Assembly: GCA_038087875.1 (NCBI GenBank)
Contig: JAXLNO010000672.1
Span: 1-64,000, forward strand
Direction of reading: 5' to 3'
Source of the DNA: Malacoraja senta
Taxonomy: Eukaryota
DNA: 64,000 bases
Positions within the stretch are counted from its first letter, which is position 1, and every line of letters begins with the position of its first letter. Position numbers and translations under genes: made by a program. Below are positions 12,987 to 26,100 of this stretch, in pieces. Under the pieces are notes generated by a model. That model was not told the DNA's origin, did no database searches, and saw only the letters and a list, made by a program, of their open reading frames with translations.

Positions 12987-13839
12987 CATCCACTGACTCT
13001 CCTTTGTCTATCCAATTATTTACTACCTCAAAGAATTCCAACAGATTTGTCTGGCAAGATCTCCCCTTCACAAAACCATTGCCTATGTGCCTCGAAGTAC
13101 ACGGAAAACTCATACTTTATGATGGACTCTAAAACCTTATCGTCATGACTATCCTATTAATGTTGTTAATAATTTTACTTCTGTTTATACTGATTATATT
13201 GCTTATTTGTGTGTCATAGGCAAATGTGGACATTATCACCTAAGTTAATGTAGTAGTGGAGAATGTAGTAGTGGAGAATCCAAACTTCTCTTTCAGAGAT
13301 GCCAACTTGCACATGCTGGCTTTTAGAACAAATTATGCTGAATTTGGGCTTCCTGCCACTCATACATTTTCATAAATGGATCAATAATTGACCTTAATTT
13401 CAAAGAGCTTCAACTTCATTCAATAGCCTCTGAACTGATACTTCATTGAATGGTCTTTAAATAAGTACTTAATTGAATGTCATCCAGAAGTCAGATAAAG
13501 AGTCCACATAATATTTCCACATCCAGTATTTCGAATACCTTTTGGGGAAAAAACAGGTTCATAAATATCCATTCTTCCTGTGTCAATGTTCACAAGTCAG
13601 ATCAGCTACTCGGGGTCATTCAGCTCCCGAATAAACATCACATTTTCAATTTTCTATTCCTTTTTTTAGGATTGAAAGAGCGCAATCAATAATGTTCTTC
13701 ACATCCACTCCCATCAGTCATATCTAAGTAGATTGGAAATATTGAATGCACAAGTCAGGGAACAAATGGAAATCTGAATAAAAGAGTACAGAAAAATTAA
13801 TCATTTTTTATCAATGTAAATTAAGAATAATTTCGAAGA

Positions 13840-13940
13840 TCGACACAAAAAGCTGGAGTAACCCAGCGGGTCAGACGGCATCTGTGGAGAAAAAGAATAG
13901 GTGATGTTTCGGATCAAGATCCTTCTTCAGACTGATTCAG
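13840..13940 (-). mobile_element. Penelope pLTR-derived fragment
   Basis: gacacaaaaagctggagtaacccagcggg...gtttcggatcaagatccttcttcagactga. Confidence 0.7.
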
Positions 13941-14139
13941 AATAATGTCAATGTGTAAGATCATGGATGTTTAACATTCTGTTCGGAGTACATTTTGTGT
14001 AAATATTTCTACTTTTCAATAGCTGACAAAATTGAGATTAAAATTGTAAAGCAGATGTACTTGAACATGCTTCAAAAATATTAGTACCAACATTGAGGTT
14101 CCAGAGATAATGAACTGGATCTTGATGACTTTTGTAGTC

Positions 14140-15950
14140 TTATTGAATCATACAGCATGGAACTTAACCCTCCGCCCAATTGTCCATGCTGACCAAGTTT
14201 TATAACTGAGCTAGTCCTATTTACCTTTATTCCTCTAAATCTTTCCTATCCATGTACTGGTCTAAATTTATTTTAAATAGACAATAGGTGCAGGAGTAGG
14301 CCATTCGGCCCATCGAGCCAGCACCGCCATTCAATGTGATCATGGCTGATCATCCTCAATCAGTACCCCGTTCCTGCCTTCTCCCCATATCCCCTGATCT
14401 TTAAGAGCCCTATCTAGCTCCCTCTTGAAAGTATCCAGAGAACTGGCCTCCACCGCCCTCTGAGGCAGAGAATTCCACAGACTCACAACTCTCTGTGAGA
14501 AAAAGTGTTTCCTTGTCTCCGTTCTAAATGGCTTACCTCCTTATTCTTAAACTGTGGCCCCTGGTTCTGGACTCCCCCAACATCGGGAACATGTTTCCAG
14601 CCTCTAGCATTTCCAAACCCTTAATAATCTTATATGTTTCAATAAGATCCCCTCTTATCCTTCTAAACTCCAGAGTATACAAGCCCAGCCGCTCCATTCT
14701 CTCAGCATATGACAGTCCCGCCATCCCGGGAATTAACCTTGTAAACCTACGCTGCACTCCCTCAAATGTCACATGTCTCTCCAGCTTTCTCTGGCAACTC
14801 GTTCCATATATGCATCACCCACTGCGTGAAGAAATTAGCTCTAGAAGTGTTTTTTTTTATCTTTCCCCATTCATTTTAAACTTATCGCCTCTCGTATTAT
14901 CCTGGGAAAAAGATTGTGACCATTAACCTGATGTATGCCCTTCATGACCCAGCCTACCTGTGTTGCAATTTTCAGGGAAGTGCATGCCTCGGTATCTACA
15001 ACACTCTTGACAGTGTGATGTCATGCATTATGGGGTGTCAGGACTTGCATGGTAAGTCCTGCCCTGGTGTGACTGAGCAAAATGAATCTCTTCACACTTG
15101 GCAGAGTTAAATTATATCTTCCTTGGCCTACTTCCTCGGTTGATCCAAATCCTTTTGTAAGTTTATAAAACTTTCCTCACTGCCCACTTTACCACCAATT
15201 TTGACATCATCTACAAATTTACCACATTAACTGCATTGTCATCCAAATAGTTAGTATAGATGGCAAATAACAGTGGAGACAGCACAGATCCCTGAAGCAC
15301 ACCAGAGGCCTCCAATCAGGAAAAACAAACCTCCACTACTGCCCTCTGACTCCATCCACTAAACCAATTTTAAATCCAGTTGGCAACCTCACCTGCATCC
15401 CAGGTGATCTAAGCTTTAGCACCAACCTGCTATGTAGAACCCTCTCAAACACCTGCCTGCCTTGCCCTTAACTCTCACAGGAAGCTGCTATCCATCAACT
15501 CTCCCAATCTCATCTTTGAAAAGCCTCCCACTTACCAACCATTCCTTTACCTGTAAACAGCATCTCTCAATCAACCTCTGTAAATTCCTGTATAATCCCT
15601 TCAAAATTAGCCAGCCAAATTTAGGGCTGTAATTTGTGGACCAATCCTACCTTTTTCCACAACTACTTTAAAACTAATAGAATGATGGTCACTGGTCCCA
15701 AAGTGTTCCCCTCCTAAAGCTTCAGTCACTTGCCCTACTTCATTCCCCAATAGTAGGTCCCGTGTCCCGCCGTCTTTACTAGCGCCCAACATATTGGTTT
15801 CGAAAACTTTCCTGAACACACTTAGATTCCACTCCATCCAAGCCCTTTAGACTATGGGATTCCCAGTCAATAGGAGATACATTAAAGTCACCTATTATGG
15901 TCCTATTATTCTTACAGCTACTTGCGATCTCCCTGCATCTTTGCTCATTT
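14140..15950 (-). mobile_element. Stacked CR1 fragments (3' ends plus degraded RT/EN)
   Basis: EGVQRRFTRLIPGM..RGDLIETYKI (14533..14772); EHFGTSDHHSISF (15607..15837). Confidence 0.8.
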
Positions 15951-16623
15951 AATACCTGCTCTTGCTCGGGGACCTAAAATATAACCCTATTAAAATGATC
16001 ATCCCCTTATTATTAGGTCAATTGTTGGGACTGAAGGCAGGTAAATCCCCAGGGCCTGATGGTCTGCGTCCCAGAGTACAAGGAGGTGGCCTTAGAAATC
16101 GTGGATGCATTGATGATCACTTTCCAATGTTCTATAGACTCTGGATCAGTTCCTGTGGACTGGAGGGTAGCTAATGTAACCCCACTTTTTAAGAAAGGAG
16201 GGAGAGAGAAGACAGGGAATTATGGACCAGTTAGCCTTACATCAGTAGTGGGGAAGATGGTTGAATCAATTATTAAAGATGTTATAGCAGCGCATTTGGA
16301 AAGCAGTGACAGGATTGGTCACAGCATGAATTTATGAAGGGAAATCATGCTTGACTAATCTTCTGGAATTTTTTGAGGATGTAACAAGTAGAATGGATAA
16401 GGGAGAGCCAGTGGATGTGGTGTATCTGGACTTTCAAAAAGCCTTTGACAAGGTCCCACACGAGAAATTAATGTGCAAATTTAGAGCACATGGTATTGGG
16501 GATAGGGTATTGACATGGATAGATAACTGGTTGGCAGACAGGAAGCAAAGAATTGGAATTAACGGGTCCTTTTCTGAATGGCAGGCAGTGATTAGTGGGG
16601 TGCTGCAAGGCTCAGTGCTGGGT

Positions 16624-17322
16624 CTATATCTTCTATATCTATCTATCTATCTATTTCTATATATCTACTATATATATATACATTACTTAAACTCTTATCT
16701 TGACCACTTCCAGTCTGCGTTGTAATTACATTTGCGCAAAAACGATCCCCCATAGAGCTACGATTTTTCACCACCTAAAGGGCCTGTCCCAAGGGCATGC
16801 GACTCCATGCGGCAAGCGCGACCTAACCGCAAGCGGGGGCCGCGCGGAGGTCGGGTGATCCCCGTACAGGGCTGGTCCCACCAGCATGCGGCTGCATGTG
16901 GTAAGCACTACCAAATTGGAAGCGGGGGCCGCGCGGAGGTCGAGTGACGTCAAGATGGTGCGTACGGCGGCGAAGCGGTGCACTCGGCCTCGATGTAGCT
17001 GCGTCCGGCGTCGAGGCGGTGCGCACGGCCGTCGATGCGGCGCGCACGGCCTCGATGCGGCTGCGGGGCGGCAGGCCGTTGCCGCACGGAATTTTTGAAC
17101 AGTGTTAGTTTTTCGGACCAGCTCCGGCGATTGAAGTGGGACCGGTCCCGTGACCTACGCGCGGCCCCCGCACAGCCTCCGCTTGCGGTTAGGTCACACT
17201 TACCGCATGGAGTCGCATGCCCGTGGGACAGGCCCTTTACTCACCATTCTCCTCTGCTGCAAGTCAAATAAGTTTTGTTCCGATCAGTGAAAAAGTACAA
17301 AAGTTATGAAGGTTTTGAAGGT
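16624..17322 (+). mobile_element. Helitron-like 5' module, related to 41753-41940
   Basis: (tatc)n then ttacttaaactcttatcttgaccacttcc...aaaaacg...gatttttcaccacct[MITE]tact aligns by eye with 41759-41855. Confidence 0.55.
16779..17236. mobile_element. PIF/Harbinger-type MITE
   Basis: TIRs agggcctgtccca..gggcatgcgactccatgcgg / ccgcatggagtcgcatgccc..tgggacaggccct flanked by taa / tta. Confidence 0.8.
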
Positions 17323-17459
17323 TCCCCCTCCCCCACACCCCCTCCTCCACACCCCCTCCCCCACACCCTCTCCCCCACAGCCTCCCCCACACACCCCCCT
17401 CCCACACCCACACTCCCCTCTCCCACACTCCCCCCTCCCCCACACCCCCTCCCCCTCTC

Positions 17460-17828
17460 TCGGTGGCCCAACACTTCAACTCCCCCTCCCATTCCAAATC
17501 TGACCTTTCTGTCCTGGGCCTCCTGCATTATCAGAGTGAGGCCAAGCACAAATTGGAGGAACAGCACCTCATACTTCGCTTGGGTAGTATACACTCCAGC
17601 GGTATGAACATTGACTTCTCTAACTTCAGATAACCCTTGCTTTCTATCTCCATCCCCTCCCCCTTCCCAGTTCTCCCACCAGTCTTACTGTCTCCGCCTA
17701 TTTTCTTTCTTTGTCCCGCCCCCTCCCCTGACATCAGTCTGAAGAAGGGTCTCGACCCGAAACGTCGCTAATTCCTACTCTCCATAGATGCTGCCTGTCC
17801 CGCTGAGTTATTCCAGCATTTTGTGTCT
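17460..17828 (+). mobile_element. Penelope 3' fragment (end of GIY-YIG and pLTR)
   Basis: VAQHFNSPSH..KLEEQHLILRLG..GMNIDF, homologous to 12604-12986. Confidence 0.88.
17739..17766 (+). ncRNA. Minimal type I hammerhead ribozyme motif (GUC site)
   Basis: CTGAAGA-A-GGGT(CTCG)ACCC-GAAAC-GTC. Confidence 0.7.
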
Positions 17829-20800
17829 ATCATCTGAATGGTGTCAGATTAGAAGAAGGGGAGGAGTACGAGTCCTCGGGGTCCTTGTACATCTGTCACT
17901 GAAAGTAAGCATGAAGGTAAGCACGCAGTGAAGAAAGCTAATGATATGTTGGCCTTTATAACAAGAGGATTTGAGTACAGGAGCAAAGAGGTCCTGCAGT
18001 TTACAGGGCCCTGGTGAGACCACACCTGGAGTATTGTGTGCAGTTTTGGTCTCCTAATTTGAGGAAGGACATTCTTGCTATTGAGGGAGTGCAGCGTAGG
18101 TTCACGAGGTTAATTCCCGGGATGGCGGGACTGTCATATGATGAAAGAATGGGTCGACTGGGCTTGTATTCATTGGAATTTAGAAGGATGAGAGGATGTC
18201 TGATAGCAACATATAAAATTCTTAAGGGATTGGGCAGGCTAGATGCAGGAAAAATGTTCCCGATGTTGGGGAAGTCCAGAACAGGGGTCACAGTTTAAGA
18301 ATAGGGGGGATGGTCATTTAGGACTGAGATGAGGAAAATCTTTTAGACCCAGAGAGTTGTGAATCTGTGGAATTTTCTGCCACAGAAGGCAGTGGAGGCC
18401 ACTTCACTGGATGTATTCAAGAGAGATTTGGATATAGCTCTCAGGGTTAATGGAATCATAGGATATGGGGAGAAAAGCAGGAATGGGGTACTGATTCTGG
18501 ATAATCAGCCATGATCATATTGAATGGCTCGATGGGCCGAATGGCCTACTCCTGCACCTACTTTCTATGTTTCTATTCCTAAGTTCCAACCAGACAGCCT
18601 CACTGGAGTATTCCCCATGATTATATTCTTTATGTAATCTTCTTGATTAGTACGGGTGTCAGGGGTTATGGGGAGAAGGCAGGAGAATGCGGTTAGGAGG
18701 GAGAGATAGATCAGCCATGATTGAATGGCGGAGTAGACTTGATGGGCCGAATGGACCAATTCTGCTCCGTCATGAAGTGCTCCCTAATCAAAGAAGCAAC
18801 TCCCCTTCCTCATACCTGCAGCCCTATCACACCTGTACCCTGGAACATTGAGCTGCCATTCCTGCCCCTCCAGCAACTATGTCTATGTCTATAATTACCC
18901 AATCCCATGTAGCAATCCATGCCCTGAGTTGACAAGTTCATATTCACAAGTTATAGGAGTAGAATTAGGCCATTCGGTCCATCGAGTCTCGTCCGCCATT
19001 CAATCATGACTGATCTCTGCCTCCAAATCCCATTTTCCTGCCTTCTCCCCATAACCCTTGACACCCGTTCTAATCAAGAATTCTATCCATAAGGCTTCAT
19101 ATATTAAAATAAATGCAGCTCAATCTATTTACATTAACATCTATATTGGTGTATATTTCTCCATCTGCCATGTGATTGCTTTGGGTCCAACTCTCTTGCC
19201 AGACTAGTTTATACCTTCCCGAGTAGCATTAGCAAATCTCCCTGCCAGGATATTGGTGCCACTCCAGTTCAGGTGCAACTGGTCCCTCTTGTATAAGCCC
19301 CACTGTCCCTGGAAGAGAGGCCAATGCTCCATGTATGTGAAGCCCTCTCCCTGCACCAGTTCCTCAGCTACATGTCTATCTGCATCATCTTCATTCTTCT
19401 ATTCCATGCTTTAGTAGATGATGGCACATTATACTAATGCATTATACTAATAGTAAACTTGGAACAAAATATTTTTAATATAAGCATTAAGAAAACATAA
19501 AACAGCTCAATTTGAAACCCGTTGGAAGATTTGCGTAAGGGGCATTCGCTGTTTCACGCAAAACAATGGGTGAAAACTAATGTTTATTCTGTTGAGGTGC
19601 CCTATGCATTATACTAACAGCCAAGCTCCAAACAAGGTCTTTAGACTGATATCAGTTCATTTCCCTGATGGGCATCACATTCAATACCTCTTGAATTACT
19701 TAAATGATGTTTTAAACCATTAATATACTGCTATAAGCACAAGAAAGGGGAGAATGAATTAATCCCATTTGTTTTTTACACTTTTATTCTCTTACCTTTG
19801 AGGTGAGCTGAGCCCAGTGAGTTGAACTGCAGAATGAGTTCTAAAAACACAATTTAATGTCAACAGATGTGTATAAAATCAAAATGTTAAAGCAATGGAA
19901 TGTGAGTTTGCATTATGGGAGAGGTCAGATAGGCTTGGACTTTATTCTTTGGAACAGGAGGTTGAGGGTGATCGTATTGAGGTTACATGATTATGAAAGG
20001 CATAAATAAAATGAATTCACACGGTCATTTTCCCAGAGAAGAGGATTCTAAAATTAGAGTACATAGTCTTCAGGTGAGAGGAGAGATTTAAGAGGGACCT
20101 CAGGCAAATGTTTCCCTCAGAGGATAGATTGTATTTTGAACGAGCTGTCAGAAGAAGCTAGAGAAGCGAATAAAATTATGATTTTTAAAAGACATTTGAG
20201 CAAATATATGGACCGGAAGATGTTAGAGGGCCAATGGGACAAATGCAGGAAAATGTGACTCGCTCAGTATGCTACTTTGGTCAGCATGGAAGAGTTGGAT
20301 TGAAGTCTGTTTCCATGCTGTATAGCTCTGAATCAAACTGGGAATTTCATGCAAATTGCAGTTTGAGTTTCAGTCCAGCATGTAGCCAACATGCTGACAC
20401 AATGAGGAGTCTGGGCATGTCATTTTCACCAATATGCTGTACGTGCCCAAATGACATTTCTGAGATCTTCAATGGAGCATTTGGCCAAATTATGCAGTGT
20501 CTCTGAGGCCTGAGGTGCATAGCAAAGGCTGTTTGTCCAGACTGCTGCTGCAAAATGACCCTGATAAGTTTGCATTAAGGAGGTTTGACTCAGCTCTTCT
20601 GCTAAGCAACACCCTGCTCTTTCTGTCTTGTCCTGACCTCAATGGAATGGTTCCTCTTTCTCAATGTTTTAACCACCCTCGTTGATCTGTTGACCTCAAC
20701 TCGTGCCCCTGCTCCTCCAGTCCCTTGCAGAAATGCCTTTGCATTTGCTGCACCAAACATCATAGGCTGTGGGCCGAGCATCAAAAATGTGTCTAGAAAT

Positions 20801-22171
20801 TTCGTGACCCACATCATGGAACTACATGAAATTTTCCACCGATTTAGATGAAATATAATTGAGAAGGAAGTCATAATTCGTCAGTGCCGAAAGTTGCACA
20901 TTAATTAATTAAACTAATTAGAAAATGAGATCGGGAAAGTAACCACCATCTACTGGCCAATGCCCATATTACACCATGGGCAGTCTATTTCCGTGTTGCA
21001 GTCCATTTAAACTATATATTATTATACCTATATATATATATGTATATATGACTTGTAAATATGACTGTAATTATATATATGCACCAAACTGAGAGGCAGC
21101 AAGTCCTTGTAGCTCCGAGTTTTGTTTTTAGTGTTTTAGTGTTTTAGTGAGTTTTGTTTAGTGTTTTGTAAGTTTGGTTTAGTTTTTTTGTCAAGGACAA
21201 GGACTTGGATACAAGTCCTTGTAGCTCCGAGTTTTGTTTAAAGCTTTAGTGTGTTTTGTGCGTTGGCAGTTGTTGCTGTGCAGTAATTTTTACACAGCAT
21301 GTGTAGATTTGTGTATAGGAGGGATGAACTCCTTATGCGGCGACGGACAGCTTACGGAATAAAACACCATATTCCGTCTGAGCTGAAGAAGCCGTTCTGT
21401 GGTTGCCGTGCCGGTGCCAGGCTAAGGGCCTGGAGGTGGAGATGCAAGCCGTTTCTGCCATCGATCCTTATGGGGAACGTCAACTCATTTCCTAACAAGT
21501 GTGAGGAGTTGGAGGCCCTTATGAAGAACCAGCGGGTCTACCGTGAGTGCAGTCTCATGTGTTTTACCGAGACGTGGCTGACGGACAACATCCCGGACTC
21601 CTGTGTGGATCTCCTCGGCTTCACTACGGTACGAGTGGATAGAGACTCAAAGGCGAGTGGGAAGACCAAAGGTGGGGGACTTGCTCTGCTTGTGAACAAT
21701 AGATGGTTCTCAGAGCTGCTGTAGATTTGGAAGCAACAGCAGGAGAAGGTTAGCAAGAGAAAACACTGATTGGCTCTAGCCCAAGAGGGAGGAGAGAAGT
21801 GAGTCAGAGGGGGGAAAACAGTTGAAAAGGAGAGGCAAAGCACAGGCAGACTTTACTCAGAGCTGCTGTAGATTTGGAAGCAACAGCAGGAGAAGATTAG
21901 CAAGAGAAAACACTGATTGGCTCTAGCCCAAGAGGGAGGAGAGAAGTGAGTCAGAGTGGGGAAAACAGTTGAAAACTGAGGAATTTGGATTGGAAATTGG
22001 TAAATTAGGCAATTTATCAGTCAATATAAGCTAGACTGCTCTTAGGGAGCGGCCTTGTGAGGGAAGTGCCCTGTGAGTAAAGTGTGAGTCTTTGCCTCGA
22101 GAGTCTTCGGCGAGGAGGCTGAGGAGAGGAGGCTATGCAAAACACTGCAGAGGGAGAGACGAAAGAAGGAG

Positions 22172-23038
22172 ATGTCAGGCAAGCTGATTCAGTGTGATGC
22201 TTGCAGTATGTGGGCGGTCAATGACACTGCTGGTGCCTCTGGCTGCTACAAATGTGACAAGTGCATCCAGGTGCAGCTCCTGAAGGACCGTGTTGGGGAA
22301 CTGGAGAAGCAAGTGGATGACCTCAGGTTTGTCCGAGAAACGGAGTCGTTCCTCAACAAGTCCTACAGTAATATTGTTACCCCTAAGGTACTGGAAGAGA
22401 GAAGGTGGGAGAGAGTGAGAAAGGGAGGGAAGCATGGAATGCAAACGTCCCCGGGTGTTGTACCTCTTATGAACAGGTTCACCCACTTAGAAGCTGTCGG
22501 GACAGAAGACGTTTTAACACTGAGCGGCAGACTGGCTTGCGATGCGAATAGGGCTGTTGAGCCAAAACCAAAAAGGACAAAGTCAGGCAACGCCATTGTA
22601 GTGGGAGACTCCATTGTGAGAGGTACGGACAGGGGTTTCTGCGGCAACAGACAGGATTCGAGGATGTGCTGCCTTCCTGGTGCCAGGATCCAGGATGTCA
22701 CGGACAGAGTGCAGAAAATCCTCAAGGGCGAAGGTGAACAGCTGGAAGTGGTAGTGCATGTCAGCACAAACGATATCGGAAAGAAGGGGATGAATATTCT
22801 GCAGCGTGACTTTAGAGAGCTCGGAAAAATGCTGAAAAGCTGGACCTCCAGGGTTGTTATCTCCGGTTTGCTTCCAGTTCCTCGTGCTGGCGAGAGCAGG
22901 AACAGGGAGATACGGGACCTGAATGTGTGGCTGAGGAACTGGTGCACGGGGCAGGGATTTAGATTCTTAGATCACTGGGATCTGTTTTGGAGTAAAAGGG
23001 AACTGTACAAAAGGGACGGATTGCATCTTAACAGGTGA
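22172..23038 (+). pseudogene. CR1 ORF1: CxxC-CxxC zinc finger, coiled coil, SGNH esterase
   Basis: CDAC..CDKC; VVGDSIVRG, CLPGARIQD, TND, DGLHLN; premature TGA at the end. Confidence 0.88.
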
Positions 23039-23110
23039 GGGACCAGCATTCTGGCAGGCAGGTTTACCACTGCTACACGGGTGGTTTTAAACTGAATAAG
23101 GGGGGGTGGG

Positions 23111-26100
23111 GTGTCGAATGGGATAGTTGAGGATGGAGTTAAAGGGAAAGGGTTTCTTAAATGTGTGAGCGTAGAGACAGAGGGGTGTAAAATGAGGGTA
23201 GAAGCAATAGGTAGCAAGGTGAAAAATAAAAGTGGCAGGCAGACAAATCCAGGGCAAAAATCAAAAAGGGCCACTTTTCAACATAATTGTATAAGGGGTA
23301 GGAGTGTTGTAAAAACAAGCCTGAAGGCTTTGTGTCTCAATGCAAGGAGCATTTGTAATAAGGTGGATGAGTTGAATGTGCTGATAGCTATTAATGACTA
23401 TGATATAGTTGGGATCACGGAGACATGGCTCCAGGGTAACCAAGGCTGGGAGCTGAACATCCAGGGATATTCAATATTCAGGAGGGATAGACAGAAAGGG
23501 AAAGGAGGTGGGGTAGCGTTGCTGGTTAGAGAGCACATTAACGCAATAGAAAGGAAGGACATTAGCTTGGAGGATGTGGAATCGATATGGGTAGAGCTGC
23601 GAAACACTAAGGGGCAGAAAACGCTAGTGGGAGTTGTGTACAGGCCACCTAACGGTAGTAGTGGAGTTGGGGATGGCATCAAACAGGAAATTAGAAATGC
23701 GTGCAACAAAGGTAAAACAGTTATAATTGGTGACTTCAATCTACATATAGATTGGGTGAATCAAATTGGCAAGGGTGCTGAGGAAGAGGATTTCTTGGAA
23801 TGTATGCGGGATAGCTTTCTAAACCAACATGTAGAGGAACCAACGAGAGAGCAGGCTATTCTAGATTGGGTATTGAGTAATGAGGAATGGTTAGTTAGCA
23901 GGTACACAAAAATGCTGGAGAAACTCAGCGGGTGCAGCAGCATCTATGGAGCGAAGGAAATAGGTAACGTTTCGGGCTGAAACCCTTCTTCAGACAGAAG
24001 GGTTTCGGCCCGAAACGTTACCTATTTCCTTCGCTCCATAGATGCTGCTGCACCCGCTGAGTTTCTCCAGCATTTTTGTGTACCTTCGATTTTCCAGCAT
24101 CTGCAGTTCCTTCTTTAACACATGGTTAGTTAGCAGTCTTGTTGTGCGTGGCCCCTTGGGCAAGAGTGACCATAATATGGTTGAGTTCTTCATTAGGATG
24201 GAGAGTGACATTGTTAATTCAGAAACAAGGGTCCTGAACTTAAAGAAAGGTAACTTTGAGGGTATGAGAAGTGAATTGGCCAAGATAGACTGGCAATTAA
24301 TTCTTAATGGGTTGATGGTAGATATGCAATGGAAGGCATTTAAAGACTGCATGAATGAACTACAACAATTGTTCATCCCAGTTTGACAAAAAAATTAAAT
24401 CAGGGAAGGTAGTGCATCCATGGAAAACAAGGGAAATCAGGGATAGTATCAAAACAAAAGATGAAGCGTACAAATTAGCCAGAAAAAGCAGCCTACCAGA
24501 GGACTGGGAGAAATTCAGAGTCTAGCAGAGGAGGACAAAGGGCTTAATTAGGAAAGGGAAAATACATTATGAAAGAAAACTGGCAGGGAACATAAAAACT
24601 GACTGCAAAAGCTTTTATAGATATGTGAAGAGAAAAAGATTAGTTAAAACAAATGTAGGTCCCTTGCAGTCAGAAACAGGTGAATGGATCATGGGGAGAA
24701 AAATTCTGACGAATCTTATAGAATTTTTCGAGGATGTAACTAGTAGAGTGGATAAGGGAGAACCAGTGGACATGGCAGACCAATTGAATAACTACTTTGG
24801 TTCTGTCTTCACTAAGGAAGACATAAATAATCTGCCGGAAATAGCTGGGGACCGGGGGTCAAATGAGATGGAGGAACTGAGTGAAATCCAGGTTAGCCGG
24901 GAAGTGGTGTTAGGTAAATTGAATGGATTAAAGTCCGATAAATCCCCAGGGCCAGATAGGCTGCATCCCTGAGTACTTAAGGAAGTAGCCCCAGAAATAG
25001 TGGATGCATTAGTGATAATTTTTCAAAACTCTTTAGATTCTGGAGTAGTTCCTGAGGATTGGAGGGTAGCTAATGTAACCCCACTTTTTAAAAAGGGAGG
25101 GAGAGAGAAAACAGAGAATTACAGACCAGTTAGTCTAACGTCGGTAGTGGGGAAACTGCTAGAATCAGTTATTAAAGATGGGATAGCAGCACATTTGGAA
25201 AGTGGTGAAAACATTGGACAAAGTCAGCATGGATTTATGAAAGGTAAATCATGTCTGACGAATCTTATAGAATTTTTCGAGGATGTAACTAGTAGAGTGG
25301 ATAAGGGAGAACCAGTGGATGTGTTATATCTGGACTTTCAGAAGGCTTTCGACAAGGTCCCACATAAGAAATTAGTATACAAACTTAAAGCACACGGTAT
25401 TGGGGGTTCAGTATTGATGTGGATAGAGAACTGGCTGGCAGACAGGAAGCAAAGAGTAGGAGTAAACGGGTCCTTTTCACAATGGCAGGCAGTGACTAGT
25501 GGGGTACCGCAAGGCTCAGTGCTAGGACCCCAACTATTTACGATATATATTAATGATTTGGACGAGGGAATTGAATGCAACATCTCCAAGTTTGCGGATG
25601 ACACAAAGCTGGGGGGCAGTGTTAGCTGTGAGGAGGATGCTCGGAGGCTGCAAGGTGACTTGGATAGGCTGGGTGAGTGGGCAAATGCATGGCAGATGCA
25701 GTATAATGTGGATAAATGTGAGGTTATCCACTTTGGTGGCAAAAACAGGAAAGTAGACTATTATCTGAATGGTGGCCGATTAGGAAAAGGGGAGATGCAA
25801 CGAGACCTGGGTGCCATGGTACACCAGTCATTAAAAGTAGGCATGCAGGTGCAGCAGGCAGTGAAGAAGGCGAATGGTACATTAGCATTCATAGCAAAAT
25901 GATTTGAGTATAGGAGCAGGGAGGTTCTACTGCAATTGTATAGGGTCTTGGTGTGACCACACCTGGAGTATTGCGTACAGTTTTGGTCTCCTAATCTGAG
26001 GAAAGACATTCTTGCCATAGAGGGAGTACAGAGAAGGTTCACCAGACTGATTCCTGGGATGTCAGGACTTTCATATGAAGAAAGACTGGATAGACTCGGT

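Larger units (their letters stand above)
10930..13145 (-). mobile_element. CR1 RT fragment split by a Penelope insertion
   Basis: GVPQGSVLGPLLF (11246..11434) and SCQTNLLEFFE..DKGESVD (12925..13113) on either side of the Penelope. Confidence 0.85.
16015..18575 (+). mobile_element. CR1 RT region interrupted at about 16623-17830 by Helitron-like, MITE and Penelope sequence
   Basis: KSPGPDG, DWRVANVTPLFKKG, YLDFQKAFDKV up to QGSVLG; resumes with RPHLEYCVQFWSP and ends ttctatgtttcta. Confidence 0.85.

Noticed and set aside
20340..20760. Short ORFs as host exons
   Set aside because: No recognisable homology or consistent splice signals.
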